The translations under genes and the position numbers were made by a program. The notes beneath the pieces were generated by a model. The model was not told the DNA's origin. It ran no database searches and worked only from the letters and a program-made list of their open reading frames with translations. Source: Azolla caroliniana (Eukaryota > Plantae > Polypodiophyta). From it: a stretch of DNA of 64,000 bases. Positions 41,701 through 57,600 of the stretch are shown in pieces (within the stretch, counting starts at the first letter, position 1; each line of letters starts with the position of its first letter). Location of the stretch: the NCBI GenBank assembly GCA_043228905.1, contig JBHGNT010000045.1, forward strand, positions 1-64,000. Direction: 5' to 3'.

Positions 41701-44700
41701 AGCATTGTTAGCTTCGATTGGCATGTTTGAACACAAAAATCCAATATTACACGAGCCAGGTATGAACATTTTCATTTACTCAAGGGCTCCTCTCAACTCC
41801 CTCCTCAAATTTGGTAATTTCGTCATGTCTCTCGACCAGAGTTTCAAAATCTTCATTTTTTAATTCCATAGCATAGCTAGCGTTGTTAGCTTTGATTCGC
41901 ATGTTTGAACACAAAAATCCGATATTACACGAGCCAGGTATGAACATTTTCATTTACTCAAGGGCTCCTCTCAACTCCCTCCTCAAATTTGGTAATTTCG
42001 TCATGTCTCTCGACCAGAGTTTCAAAATCTTGATTTTTTAATTCCATAGCATAGATAGCGTTGTTAGCTTTGATTCGCATGTTTGAACACAAAAATCCGA
42101 TATTACACGAGCCAGGTATGAACATTTTCATTTACTCAAGGACTCCTCTCAACTCCCTCCTCAAATTTGGTAATTTCATCATGTCTCTCGACCAGAGTTT
42201 CAAAATCTTGATTTTTTAAGTGCATATCATAGCTAGCGTTGTTAGCTTCGATTCGCATGTTTGAACACAAACATCGGATATCACACGAGCCAGGTATGAA
42301 CATTTTAATTTACTCAAGGGCTCCTCTCAACTCCCTCCTCATGTTTGCTAATTTCGTCATGTCTCTGGACCTGAGTTTCAAAATCTTCATTTTTTAATTC
42401 CATATCATAGCTAGCGTTGTTAGCTTCGATTCGCATGTTTGAACACAAAAATCCGATATCACACGAGCCAGGTATGAACATTTTAATTTACTCAAGGGCT
42501 CTTCTCAACTCCCTCCTCATGTTTGCTAATTTCGTCATGTCTCTCGACTTGAGTTTCAAAATCTTGATTTTTTAATTCCATATCATAGCTAGCATTGTTA
42601 GCTTCGATTCGCATTTTTGAACACAAAAATCCGATATCACACGAGCCAGGTATGAACATTTTCATTTACTCAAGGGCTCTTCTCAACTCCCTCCTCAAAT
42701 TTGGTAATTTCGTCATGTCTCTCGACCTGAGTTTCAAAATATTGATTTTTTAATTCCATATCATAGCTAGCGTTGTTAGCTTCGATTCGCATGTTTGAAC
42801 ACAAAAATCCGATATTACACCAGCCAGGTATGAACATTTTCATTTACTCAAGGGGTCCTCTCAACTCACTACTCATGTTTGCTAATTTTGTCATGTCTCT
42901 CGACCTGAGTTTCAAAATCTTGATTTTTTAATTCCATATCATAGCTAACGTTGTTAGCTTCGATTCGCATGTTTGAACACGAAAATCCGATATCACACGA
43001 GCCAGGTATGAACATTTTAATTTACCTCCTGACTCTTCTCAACTCACTCCTCAAATTTGGTAATTTCGTCATGTCTCTCGGATAGAGTTTTTCAAAATAT
43101 TGATTTTTTATTTCCATATCATAGGTAGTTTTGTTAGCTTCGATTCGTATGTTTGAACACAAACATCGGATATCACACGAGCCAGGTATGAACATTTTAA
43201 TTTACTCAAGGGCTTCTCTCAACTCCCTCCTCATGTTTGCTAATTTCGTCATGTCTCTCGACCTGAGTTTCAAAATCTTCATTTTTTAATTCCATATCAT
43301 AGCTAGCATTGTTAGCTTCGATACGCATGTTTGAACACAAAAATCCGATATTACACGAGCCAGGTATGAACATTTTCATTTACTCAAGGGCTCATCTCAA
43401 CTCACTACTCAAATTTGGTAATTTCGTCATGTCTCTCGACCAGAGTTTCAAAATCTTGATTTTTTAAGTGCATATCATAGCTAGCGTTGTTAGCTTCGAG
43501 TCGCATGTTTGAACACAAACATCGGATATCACACGAGCCAGGTATGAACATTTTAATTTACTCAAGGGCTTCTCTCAACTCCCTCCTCATGTTTGCTAAT
43601 TTCGTCATGTCTCTCGACTTGAGTTTTAAAATCTTCATTTTTTAATTCCATATCATAGCTAGCGTTGTTAGCTTCGATTCGCATGTTTGAACACAAAAAT
43701 CCGATATCACACGAGCCAGGTATGAACATTTTCATTTACTCAAGGGCTCTTCTCAACTCACTCCTCAAATTTGCTAATTTCGTCATGTCTCTCGACCAGA
43801 GTTTCAAAATCTTGATTTTTTAATTCCATAGCATAGCTAGCGTTGTTAGCTTCGATTCGCATGTTTGAACACAAAAATCCGATATTACACCAGCCAGGTA
43901 TGAACATTTTCATTTACTCAAGGGCTCCTCTCAACTCCCTCCTCATGTTTGCTAATTTTGTCATGTCTCTCGACCTGAGTTTCAAAATCTTGATGTTTTA
44001 ATTCCATATCATAGCTAGCGTTGTTAGCTTCGATTCGCATGTTTGAACACAAAAATCCGATATTACACGAGCCAGGTATGAACATTTTAATTTACTCAAG
44101 GGCTCCTCTCAACTCCCTCCTCATGTTTGCTAATTTTGTCATGTCTCTTGACCTGAGTTTCAAAATCTTGATTTTTTAATTCCATATCATAGCTAGCGTT
44201 GTTAGCTTCGATTGGCATGTTTGAACACGAAAATCCGATATCACACGAGCCAGGTATGAACATTTTAATTTACCTCCTGACTCTTCTCAACTCACTCCTC
44301 AAATTTGGTAATTTCGTCATGTCTCTCGGATAGAGTTTCAAAATATTGATTTTTTATTTCCATATCATAGGTAGTGTTGTTAGCTTTGATTCGCATGTTT
44401 GAACACAAAAATCCGATATGACACGAGCCAGGTATGAACATTTTCATTTACTCAAGGGCTCACCTCAACTCACTACTCAAATTTGGTAATTTCGTCATGT
44501 CTCTCGACCAGAGTTTCAAAATCTTGATTTTTTAAGTGCATATCATAGCTAGCGTTGTTAGCTTCGATTCGCATGTTTGAACACAAACATCGGATATCAC
44601 ACGAGCCAGGTATGAACATTTTAATTTACTCAAGGGCTCCTCTCAACTCCCTCCTCATGTTTGCTGATTTCGTCATGTCTCTCGACTTGAGTTTTAAAAT

Positions 44701-44879
44701 CTTCATTTTTTAATTCCATATCATAGCTAGCGTTGTTAGCTTCGATTCGCATGTTTGAACACAAAAATCCGATATCACACGAGCCAGGTATGAACATTTT
44801 CATTTACTCAAGGGCTCTTCTCAACTCACTCCTCAAATTTGCTAATTTCGTCATGTCTCTCGACCAGAGTTTCAAAATC

Positions 44880-47150
44880 TTGATTTTTTAATTCCATAGC
44901 ATAGCTAGCGTTGTTAGCTTCGATTCGCATGTTTGAACACAAAAATCCGATATTACACCAGCCAGGTATGAACATTTTCATTTACTCAAGGGCTCCTCTC
45001 AACTCCCTCCTCATGTTTGCTAATTTTGTCATGTCTCTCGACCTGAGTTTCAAAATCTTGATGTTTTAATTCCATATCATAGCTAGCGTTGTTAGCTTCG
45101 ATTCGCATGTTTGAACACAAAAATCCGATATCACACGAGCCAGGTATGAACATTTTCATTTACTCAAGGGCTCATCTCAACTCACTACTCAAATTTGGTA
45201 ATTTCGTCATGTCTCTCGACCAAAGTTTCAAAATCTTGATTTTTTAAGTCCATATCATAGCTAGCGTTGTTAGCTTCGATTCGCATGTTTGAACACAAAA
45301 ATCCGATATTACACGAGCCAGGTATGAACATTTTAATTTACTCAAGGGCTCCTCTCAACTCCCTCCTCATGTTTGCTAATTTTGTCATGTCTCTTGACCT
45401 GAGTTTCAAAATCTTGATTTTTTAATTCCATATCATAGCTAGCGTTGTTAGCTTCGATTGGCATGTTTGAACACGAAAATCCGATATCACACGAGCCAGG
45501 TATGAACATTTTAATTTACTCAAGGGCTCTTCTCAACTCACTCCTCAAATTTGGTAATTTCGTCATGTCTCTCGGATAGAGTTTCAAAATATTGATTTTT
45601 TATTTCCATATCGTAGGTAGTGTTGTTAGCTTTGATTCGCATGTTTGAACACAAAAATCCGATATCACACGAGCCAGGTATGAACATTTTCATTTACTCA
45701 AGGGCTCACCTCAACTCACTACTCAAATTTTGGTAATTTCGTCATGTCTCTCGACCAGAGTTTCAAAATCTTGATTTTTTAAGTGCATATCATAGCTAGC
45801 GTTGTTAGCTTCGATTCGCATGTTTGAACACAAACATCGGATATCACACGAGCCAGGTATGAACATTTTAATTTACTCAAGGGCTCCTCTCAACTCCCTC
45901 CTCATGTTTGCTAATTTCGTCATGTCTCTCGACCTGTGTTTCAGAATCTTGATTTTTTAAGTCCATATCATAGCTAGCGTTGTTAGCTTCGATTCGCATG
46001 TTTGAACACAAAAATCCGATATCACACGAGCCAGGTATGAACATTTTAATTTACTCAAGGGCTTCTCTCAACTCCCTCCTCATGTTTGCTAATTTCGTCA
46101 TGTCTCTCGACTTGAGTTTCAAAATCTTGATTTTTTAATTCCATATCATAGCTAGCATTGTTAGCTTCTATTCGCATGTTTGAACACAAAAATCCGATAT
46201 GACACGAGCCAGGTATGAACATTTTCATTTACTCAAGGGCTCTTCTCAACTCACTCCTCAAATTTGGTAATTTCGTCATGTCTCTCGACCTGAGTTTCAA
46301 AATATTGATTTTTTAATTCCATATCATAGCTAGCATTGTTAGCTTCGATTGGCATGTTTGAACACAAAAATCCAATATTACACGAGCCAGGTATGAACAT
46401 TTTCATTTACTCAAGGGCTCCTCTCAACTCCCTCCTCAAATTTGGTAATTTCGTCATGTCTCTCGACCAGAGTTTCAAAATCTTGATTTTTTAATTCCAT
46501 AGCATAGCTAGCGTTGTTAGCTTTGATTCGCATGTTTGAACACAAAAATCCGATATTACACGAGCCAGGTATGAACATTTTCATTTACTCAAGGACTCCT
46601 CTCAACTCCCTCCTCAAATTTGGTAATTTCATCATGTCTCTCGACCAGAGTTTCAAAATCTTGATTTTTTAAGTCCATATCATAGCTAGCGTTGTTAGCT
46701 TCGATTCGCATGTTTGAACACAAACATCGGATATCACACGAGCCAGGTATGAACATTTTAATTTACTCAAGGGCTCCTCTCAACTCCCTCCTCATGTTTG
46801 CTAATTTCGTCATGTCTCTCGACTTGAGTTTTAAAATCTTCATTTTTTAATTCCATATCATAGCTAGCGTTGTTAGCTTCGATTCGCATGTTTGAACACA
46901 AAAATCCGATATCACACGAGCCAGGTATGAACATTTTCATTTACTCAAGGGCTCTTCTCAACTCACTCCTCAAATTTGCTAATTTCGTCATGTCTCTCGA
47001 CCAGAGTTTCAAAATCTTGATTTTTTAATTCCATAGCATAGCTAGCGTTGTTAGCTTCGATTCGCATGTTTGAACACAAAAATCCGATATTACACCAGCC
47101 AGGTATGAACATTTTCATTTACTCAAGGGCTCCTCTCAACTCCCTCCTGA
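44880..47150. repeat. ~13-monomer block copy of ~39000-41270 (offset 5876-5877 bp, 33 monomers)
   Basis: tcgtagg 39735/45611, ccaata ~40495/~46372, aggactcc ~40715/~46592. Confidence 0.8.
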
Positions 47151-48659
47151 TGTTTGCTAATTTCGTCATGTCTCTCGACCTGAGTTTCAAAATATTGATT
47201 TTTTAATTCCATATCATAGCTAGCATTGTTAGCTTCGATTGGCATGTTTGAACACAAAAATCCGATATTACACGAGCCAGGTATGAACATTTTCATTTAC
47301 TCAAGGGCTCCTCTCAACTCCCTCCTCAAATTTGGTAATTTCGTCATGTCTCTCGACCAGAGTTTCAAAATCTTGATTTTTTAATTCCATAGCATAGCTA
47401 GCGTTGTTAGCTTCGATTCGCATGTTTGAACACAAAAATCTGATATTACACCAGCCAGGTATGAACATTTTCATTTACTCAAGGGGTCCTCTCAACTCAC
47501 TACTCAAATTTGGTAATTTCATCATGTCTCTTGACCAGAGTTTCAAAATCTTGATTTATTAAGTCCATATCATAGCTAGCGTTGTTAGCTTCGATTCGCA
47601 TGTTTGAACACAAACATCGGATATCACACGAGCCAGGTATGAACATTTTAATTTACTCAAGGGCTCCTCTCAACTCCCTCCTCATGTTTGCTAATTTCGT
47701 CATGTCTCTCGACTTGAGTTTCAAAATCTTGATTTTTTAATTCCATATCATAGCTAGCGTTGTTAGCTTCGATTCGCATGTTTGAACACAAAAATCCGAT
47801 ATCACACGAGCCAGGTATGAACATTTTGATTTACTCAAGGGCTTCTCTCAACTCCCTCCTCATGTTTGCTAATTTCGTCATGTGTCTCGACCTGAGTTTC
47901 AAAATATTAATTTTTTAATTCCATATCATAGCTAGCGTTGTTAGCTTCGATTCGCATGTTTGAACACAAAAATCCGATATCACACGAGCCAGGTATGAAC
48001 ATTTTCATTTACTCAAGGGCTCTTCTCAACTCACTCCTCAAATTTGCTAATTTCGTCATGTCTCTCGACCAGAGTTTGAAAATCTTGATTTTTTAATTCC
48101 ATAGCATAGCTAGCGTTGTTAGCTTCGATTCGCATGTTTGAACACAAAAATCTGATATCACACGAGCCAGGTATGAACATTTTAATTTACTCAAGGGCTC
48201 CTCTCAACTCCCTCCTCATGTTTGCTAATTTTGTCATGTCTCTTGACCTGAGTTTCAAAATCTTGATTTTTTAATTCCATATCATAGCTAGCGTTGTTAG
48301 CTTCGATTGGCATGTTTGAACACGAAAATCCGATATCACACCAGCCAGGTATGAACATTTTCATTTACTCAAGGGGTCCTCTCAACTCACTACTCATGTT
48401 TGCTAATTATTTCATGTCTCTCGACCTGAGTTTCAAAACTTGATTTTTTAATTCCATATCATAGCTAGCGTTGTTAGCTTCGATTCGCATGTTTGAACAC
48501 GAAAATCCGATATCACACGAGCCAGGTATGAACATTTTAATTTACCTCCTGACTCTTCTCAACTCACTCCTCAAATTTGGTAATTTCGTCATGTCTCTCG
48601 GATAGAGTTTTCAAAATATTGATTTTTTATTTCCATATCATAGGTAGTTTTGTTAGCTT

Positions 48660-51600
48660 CGATTCGCATGTTTGAACACAAACATCGGATATCACACGAG
48701 CCAGGTATGAACATTTTAATTTACTCAAGGGCTCCTCTCAACTCCCTCCTCATGTTTGCTAATTTCGTCATGTCTCTCGACCTGTGTTTCAAAATCTTGA
48801 TTTTTTAATTCCATATCATAGCTAGCGTTGCTAGCTTCGATTCGCATGTTTGAACACAAAAATCCGATAGTACACGAGCTAGGTATGAACATTTTCATTT
48901 ACTCAAGGGCTCCTCTCAACTCCCTCCTCAAATTTGGTAATTTCGTCATGTCTCTCGACCTAAGTTTCAAAATCTTGATTTTTTAATTCCATATCATAGC
49001 TAGCGTTGTTAGCTTCGATACGCATGTTTGAACACAAAAATCCGATATGACACGAGCCAGGTATGAACATTTTCATTTACTCAAGGGCTCTTCTCAACTC
49101 CCTCCTCAAATTTGGTAATTTCGTCATGTCTCTCGACCTGAGTTTCAAAATATTGATTTTTTAATTCCATATCATAGCTAGCATTGTTAGCTTCGATTGG
49201 CATGTTTGAACACAAAAATCCGATATTACACGAGCCAGGTATGAACATTTTCATTTACTCAAGGGCTCCTCTCAACTCCCTCCTCAAATTTGGTAATTTC
49301 GTCATGTCTCTCGACCAGAGTTTCAAAATCTTGATTTTTTAATTCCATAGCATAGCTAGCGTTGTTAGCTTCGATTCGCATGTTTGAACACAAAAATCCG
49401 ATATTACACCAGCCAGGTATGAACATTTTCATTTACTCAAGGGCTCTTCTCAACTCACTCCTCAAATTTGCTAATTTCGTCATGTCTCTCGACCAGAGTT
49501 TCAAAATCTTGATTTTTTAATTCCATAGCATAGCTAGCGTTGTTAGCTTCGATACGCATGTTTGAACACAAAAATCCGATATGACACGAGCCAGGTATGA
49601 ACATTTTCATTTACTCAAGGGCTCTTCTCAACTCCCTCCTCAAATTTGGTAATTTCGTCATGTCTCTCGACCTGAGTTTCAAAATATTGATTTTTTAATT
49701 CCATATCATAGCTAGCATTGTTAGCTTCGATTGGCATGTTTGAACACAAAAATCCGATATTACACGAGCCAGGTATGAACATTTTCATTTACTCAAGGGC
49801 TCCTCTCAACTCCCTCCTCAAATTTGGTAATTTCGTCATGTCTCTCGACCAGAGTTTCAAAATCTTGATTTTTTAATTCCATAGCATAGCTAGCGTTGTT
49901 AGCTTCGATTCGCATGTTTGAACACAAAAATCCGATATTACACCAGCCAGGTATGAACATTTTCATTTACTCAAGGGGTCCTCTCAACTCACTACTCAAA
50001 TTTGGTAATTTCATCATGTCTGTTGACCAGAGTTTCAAAATCTTGATTTATTAAGTCCATATCATAGCTAGCGTTGTTAGCTTCGATTCGGATGTTTGAA
50101 CACAAACATCGGATATCACACGAGCCAGGTATGAACATTTTAATTTACTCAAGGGCTCCTCTCAACTCCCTCCTCATGTTTGCTAATTTCGTCATGTCTC
50201 TCGACTTGAGTTTCAAAATCTTGATTTTTTAATTCCATATCATAGCTAGCGTTGTTAGCTTCGATTCGCATGTTTGAACACAAAAATCCGATATCACACG
50301 AGCCAGGTATGAACATTTTAATTTACTCAAGGGCTTCTCTCAACTCCCTCCTCATGTTTGCTAATTTCGTCATGTCTCTCGACCAGAGTTTCAAAATATT
50401 GATTTTTTAATTCCATATCATAGCTAGCGTTGTTAGCTTCGATTCGCATGTTTGAACACAAAAATCCGATATCACACGAGCCAGGTATGAACATTTTAAT
50501 TTACTCAAGGGCTCCTCTCAACTCCCTCCTCAAATTTGGTAATTTCGTCATGTCTCTCGACCTAAGTTTCAAAATCTTGATTTTTTAATTCCATATCATA
50601 GCTAGCGTTGTTAGCTTCGATACGCATGTTTGAACACAAAAATCCGATATGACACGAGCCAGGTATGAACATTTTCATTTACTCAAGGGCTCTTCTCAAC
50701 TCCCTCCTCAAATTTGGTAATTTCGTCATGTCTCTCGACCTGAGTTTCAAAATATTGATTTTTTAATTCCATATCATAGCTAGCATTGTTAGCTTCGATT
50801 GGCATGTTTGAACACAAACATCGGATATCACACGAGCCAGGTATGAACATTTTAATTTACTCAAGGGCTTCTCTCAACTCCCTCCTGATGTTTGCTAATT
50901 TCGTCATGTCTCTCGACTTGAGTTTTAAAATCTTGATTTTTTAATTCCATATCATAGCTAGAATTGTTAGCTTCGATTCGCATGTTTGAACACAAAAATC
51001 CGATATGACACGAGCCAGGTATGAACATTTTCATTTACTCAAGGGCTCTTCTCAACTCACTCCTCAAATTTGGTAATTTCGTCATGTCTCTCAACCAGAG
51101 TTTCAAAATGTTGATTTTTTAATTCCATATCATAGCTAGCGTTGTTAGCTTCGATTCGCATGTTTGAACACAAAAATCCGATATTACACCAGCCAGGTAT
51201 GAACATTTTCATTTACTCAAGGGGTCCTCTCAACTCACTACTCATGTTTGCTAATTATTTCATGTCTCTCGACCTGAGTTTCAAAATCTTGATTTTTTAA
51301 TTCCATATCATAGCTAGCGTTGTTAGCTTCGATTCGCATGTTTGAACACGAAAATCCGATATCACACGAGCCAGGTATGAACATTTTAATTTACCTCCTG
51401 ACTCTTCTCAACTCACTCCTCAAATTTGGTAATTTCGTCATGTCTCTCGGATAGAGTTTTCAAAATATTGATTTTTTATTTCCATATCATAGCTAGCGTT
51501 GTTAGCTTCGATTCGCATGTTTGAACACAAAAATCCGATATCACACGAGCCAGGTATGAACATTTTAATTTACTCAAGGGCTTCTCTCAACTCCCTCCTC

Positions 51601-54600
51601 ATGTTTGCTAATTTCGTCATGTCTCTCGACCTGAGTTTCAAAATATTGATTTTTTAATTCCATAGCATAGCTAGCGTTGTTAGCTTCGATTCGCATGTTT
51701 GAACACAAAAATCCGATATCACACGAGCCAGGTATGAACATTTTCATTTACTCAAGGGCTCTTCTCAACTCACTCCTCAAATTTGCTAATTTCGTCATGT
51801 CTCTCGACCAGAGTTTCAAAATCTTGATTTTTTAATTCCATAGCATAGCTAGCGTTGTTAGCTTCGATTCGCATGTTTGAACACAAAAATCTGATATCAC
51901 ACGAGCCAGGTATGAACATTTTAATTTACTCAAGGGCTCCTCTCAACTCCCTCCTCATGTTTGCTAATTTCGTCATGTCTCTTGACCTGAGTTTCAAAAT
52001 CTTGATTTTTTAATTCCATATCATAGCTAGCGTTGCTAGCTTCGATTCGCATGTTTGAACACGAAAATCCGACATCACACGAGCCAGGTATGAACATTTT
52101 AATTTACCTCCTGACTCTTCTCAACTCACTCCTCAAATTTGGTAATTTCGTCATGTCTCTCGGATAGAGTTTTCAAAATATTGATTTTTTATTTCCATAT
52201 CATAGGTAGTTTTGTTAGCTTCGATTCGCATGTTTGAACACAAACATCGGATATCACACGAGCCAGGTATGAACATTTTAATTTACTCAAGGGCTCCTCT
52301 CAACTCCCTCCTCATGTTTGCTAATTTCGTCATGTCTCTCGACCTGTGTTTCAAAATCTTGATTTTTTAATTCCATATCATAGCTAGCGTTGCTAGCTTC
52401 GATTCGCATGTTTGAACACAAAAATCCGATAGTACACGAGCCAGGTATGAACATTTTCATTTACTCAAGGGCTCCTCTCAACTCCCTCCTCAAATTTGGT
52501 AATTTCGTCATGTCTCTCGACCTAAGTTTCAAAATCTTGATTTTTTAATTCCATATCATAGCTAGCGTTGTTAGCTTCGATACGCATGTTTGAACACAAA
52601 AATCCGATATCACACGAGCCAGGTATGAACATTTTCATTTACTCAAGGGCTCATCTCAACTCACTACTCAAATTTGGTAATTTCGTCATGTCTCTCGACC
52701 AGAGTTTCAAAATCTTGATTTTTTAAGTCCATATCATAGCTAGCGTTGTTAGCTTCGATTCGCATGTTTGAACACAAAAATCCGATAGTACACGAGCCAG
52801 GTATGAACATTTTCATTTACTCAAGGGCTCCTCTCAACTCCCTCCTCAAATTTGGTAATTTCGTCATGTCTCTCGACCTGAGTTTCAAAATCTTGATTTT
52901 TTAATTCCATATCATAGCTAGCGTTGTTAGCTTCGATACGCATGTTTGAACACAAAAATCCGATATGACACGAGCCAGGTATGAACATTTTCATTTACTC
53001 AAGGGCTCTTCTCAACTCCCTCCTCAAATTTGGTAATTTCGTCATGTCTCTCGACCTGAGTTTCAAAATATTGATTTTTTAATTCCATATCATAGCTAGC
53101 ATTGTTAGCTTCGATTGGCATGTTTGAACACAAAAATCCGATATTACACGAGCCAGGTATGAACATTTTCATTTACTCAAGGGCTCCTCTCAACTCCCTC
53201 CTCAAATTTGGTAATTTCGTCATGTCTCTCGACCAGAGTTTCAAAATCTTGATTTTTTAATTCCATAGCATAGCTAGCGTTGTTAGCTTCGATTCGCATG
53301 TTTGAACACAAAAATCCGATATTACACCAGCCAGGTATGAACATTTTCATTTACTCAAGGGGTCCTCTCAACTCACTACTCAAATTTGGTAATTTCATCA
53401 TGTCTCTTGACCAGAGTTTCAAAATCTTGATTTATTAAGTCCATATCATAGCTAGCGTTGTTAGCTTCGATTCGCATGTTTGAACACAAACATCGGATAT
53501 CACACGAGCCAGGTATGAACATTTTAATTTACTCAAGGGCTCCTCTCAACTCCCTCCTCATGTTTGCTAATTTCGTCATGTCTCTCGACCTGTGTTTCAA
53601 AATCTTGATTTTTTAATTCCATATCATAGCTAGCGTTGCTAGCTTCGATTCGCATGTTTGAACACAAAAATCCGATAGTACACGAGCTAGGTATGAACAT
53701 TTTCATTTACTCAAGGGCTCCTCTCAACTCCCTCCTCAAATTTGGTAATTTCGTCATGTCTCTCGACCTAAGTTTCAAAATCTTGATTTTTTAATTCCAT
53801 ATCATAGCTAGCGTTGTTAGCTTCGATACGCATGTTTGAACACAAAAATCCGATATGACACGAGCCAGGTATGAACATTTTCATTTACTCAAGGGCTCTT
53901 CTCAACTCCCTCCTCAAATTTGGTAATTTCGTCATGTCTCTCGACCTGAGTTTCAAAATATTGATTTTTTAATTCCATATCATAGCTAGCATTGTTAGCT
54001 TCGATTGGCATGTTTGAACACAAAAATCCGATATTACACGAGCCAGGTATGAACATTTTCATTTACTCAAGGGCTCCTCTCAACTCCCTCCTCAAATTTG
54101 GTAATTTCGTCATGTCTCTCGACCAGAGTTTCAAAATCTTGATTTTTTAATTCCATAGCATAGCTAGCGTTGTTAGCTTCGATTCGCATGTTTGAACACA
54201 AAAATCCGATATTACACCAGCCAGGTATGAACATTTTCATTTACTCAAGGGCTCTTCTCAACTCACTCCTCAAATTTGCTAATTTCGTCATGTCTCTCGA
54301 CCAGAGTTTCAAAATCTTGATTTTTTAATTCCATAGCATAGCTAGCGTTGTTAGCTTCGATACGCATGTTTGAACACAAAAATCCGATATGACACGAGCC
54401 AGGTATGAACATTTTCATTTACTCAAGGGCTCTTCTCAACTCCCTCCTCAAATTTGGTAATTTCGTCATGTCTCTCGACCTGAGTTTCAAAATATTGATT
54501 TTTTAATTCCATATCATAGCTAGCATTGTTAGCTTCGATTGGCATGTTTGAACACAAAAATCCGATATTACACGAGCCAGGTATGAACATTTTCATTTAC

Positions 54601-57600
54601 TCAAGGGCTCCTCTCAACTCCCTCCTCAAATTTGGTAATTTCGTCATGTCTCTCGACCAGAGTTTCAAAATCTTGATTTTTTAATTCCATAGCATAGCTA
54701 GCGTTGTTAGCTTCGATTCGCATGTTTGAACACAAAAATCCGATATTACACCAGCCAGGTATGAACATTTTCATTTACTCAAGGGGTCCTCTCAACTCAC
54801 TACTCAAATTTGGTAATTTCATCATGTCTGTTGACCAGAGTTTCAAAATCTTGATTTATTAAGTCCATATCATAGCTAGCGTTGTTAGCTTCGATTCGGA
54901 TGTTTGAACACAAACATCGGATATCACACGAGCCAGGTATGAACATTTTAATTTACTCAAGGGCTCCTCTCAACTCCCTCCTCATGTTTGCTAATTTCGT
55001 CATGTCTCTCGACTTGAGTTTCAAAATCTTGATTTTTTAATTCCATATCATAGCTAGCGTTGTTAGCTTCGATTCGCATGTTTGAACACAAAAATCCGAT
55101 ATCACACGAGCCAGGTATGAACATTTTAATTTACTCAAGGGCTTCTCTCAACTCCCTCCTCATGTTTGCTAATTTCGTCATGTCTCTCGACCAGAGTTTC
55201 AAAATATTGATTTTTTAATTCCATATCATAGCTAGCGTTGTTAGCTTCGATTCGCATGTTTGAACACAAAAATCCGATATCACACGAGCCAGGTATGAAC
55301 ATTTTAATTTACTCAAGGGCTCCTCTCAACTCCCTCCTCAAATTTGGTAATTTCGTCATGTCTCTCGACCTAAGTTTCAAAATCTTGATTTTTTAATTCC
55401 ATATCATAGCTAGCGTTGTTAGCTTCGATACGCATGTTTGAACACAAAAATCCGATATGACACGAGCCAGGTATGAACATTTTCATTTACTCAAGGGCTC
55501 TTCTCAACTCCCTCCTCAAATTTGGTAATTTCGTCATGTCTCTCGACCTGAGTTTCAAAATATTGATTTTTTAATTCCATATCATAGCTAGCATTGTTAG
55601 CTTCGATTGGCATGTTTGAACACAAACATCGGATATCACACGAGCCAGGTATGAACATTTTAATTTACTCAAGGGCTTCTCTCAACTCCCTCCTGATGTT
55701 TGCTAATTTCGTCATGTCTCTCGACTTGAGTTTTAAAATCTTGATTTTTTAATTCCATATCATAGCTAGAATTGTTAGCTTCGATTCGCATGTTTGAACA
55801 CAAAAATCCGATATGACACGAGCCAGGTATGAACATTTTCATTTACTCAAGGGCTCTTCTCAACTCACTCCTCAAATTTGGTAATTTCGTCATGTCTCTC
55901 AACCAGAGTTTCAAAATGTTGATTTTTTAATTCCATATCATAGCTAGCGTTGTTAGCTTCGATTCGCATGTTTGAACACAAAAATCCGATATTACACCAG
56001 CCAGGTATGAACATTTTCATTTACTCAAGGGGTCCTCTCAACTCACTACTCATGTTTGCTAATTATTTCATGTCTCTCGACCTGAGTTTCAAAATCTTGA
56101 TTTTTTAATTCCATATCATAGCTAGCGTTGTTAGCTTCGATTCGCATGTTTGAACACGAAAATCCGATATCACACGAGCCAGGTATGAACATTTTAATTT
56201 ACCTCCTGACTCTTCTCAACTCACTCCTCAAATTTGGTAATTTCGTCATGTCTCTCGGATAGAGTTTTCAAAATATTGATTTTTTATTTCCATATCATAG
56301 CTAGCGTTGTTAGCTTCGATTCGCATGTTTGAACACAAAAATCCGATATCACACGAGCCAGGTATGAACATTTTAATTTACTCAAGGGCTTCTCTCAACT
56401 CCCTCCTCATGTTTGCTAATTTCGTCATGTCTCTCGACCTGAGTTTCAAAATATTGATTTTTTAATTCCATAGCATAGCTAGCGTTGTTAGCTTCGATTC
56501 GCATGTTTGAACACAAAAATCCGATATCACACGAGCCAGGTATGAACATTTTCATTTACTCAAGGGCTCTTCTCAACTCACTCCTCAAATTTGCTAATTT
56601 CGTCATGTCTCTCGACCAGAGTTTCAAAATCTTGATTTTTTAATTCCATAGCATAGCTAGCGTTGTTAGCTTCGATTCGCATGTTTGAACACAAAAATCT
56701 GATATCACACGAGCCAGGTATGAACATTTTAATTTACTCAAGGGCTCCTCTCAACTCCCTCCTCATGTTTGCTAATTTCGTCATGTCTCTTGACCTGAGT
56801 TTCAAAATCTTGATTTTTTAATTCCATATCATAGCTAGCGTTGCTAGCTTCGATTCGCATGTTTGAACACGAAAATCCGACATCACACGAGCCAGGTATG
56901 AACATTTTAATTTACCTCCTGACTCTTCTCAACTCACTCCTCAAATTTGGTAATTTCGTCATGTCTCTCGGATAGAGTTTTCAAAATATTGATTTTTTAT
57001 TTCCATATCATAGGTAGTTTTGTTAGCTTCGATTCGCATGTTTGAACACAAACATCGGATATCACACGAGCCAGGTATGAACATTTTAATTTACTCAAGG
57101 GCTCCTCTCAACTCCCTCCTCATGTTTGCTAATTTCGTCATGTCTCTCGACCTGTGTTTCAAAATCTTGATTTTTTAATTCCATATCATAGCTAGCGTTG
57201 CTAGCTTCGATTCGCATGTTTGAACACAAAAATCCGATAGTACACGAGCCAGGTATGAACATTTTCATTTACTCAAGGGCTCCTCTCAACTCCCTCCTCA
57301 AATTTGGTAATTTCGTCATGTCTCTCGACCTAAGTTTCAAAATCTTGATTTTTTAATTCCATATCATAGCTAGCGTTGTTAGCTTCGATACGCATGTTTG
57401 AACACAAAAATCCGATATCACACGAGCCAGGTATGAACATTTTCATTTACTCAAGGGCTCATCTCAACTCACTACTCAAATTTGGTAATTTCGTCATGTC
57501 TCTCGACCAGAGTTTCAAAATCTTGATTTTTTAAGTCCATATCATAGCTAGCGTTGTTAGCTTCGATTCGCATGTTTGAACACAAAAATCCGATAGTACA

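Noticed and set aside
45721-45735. Singleton 1-bp insertion aaattttgg and other singleton SNPs
   Set aside because: These are single occurrences, some in homopolymers, and cannot be distinguished from sequencing or consensus error without reads.
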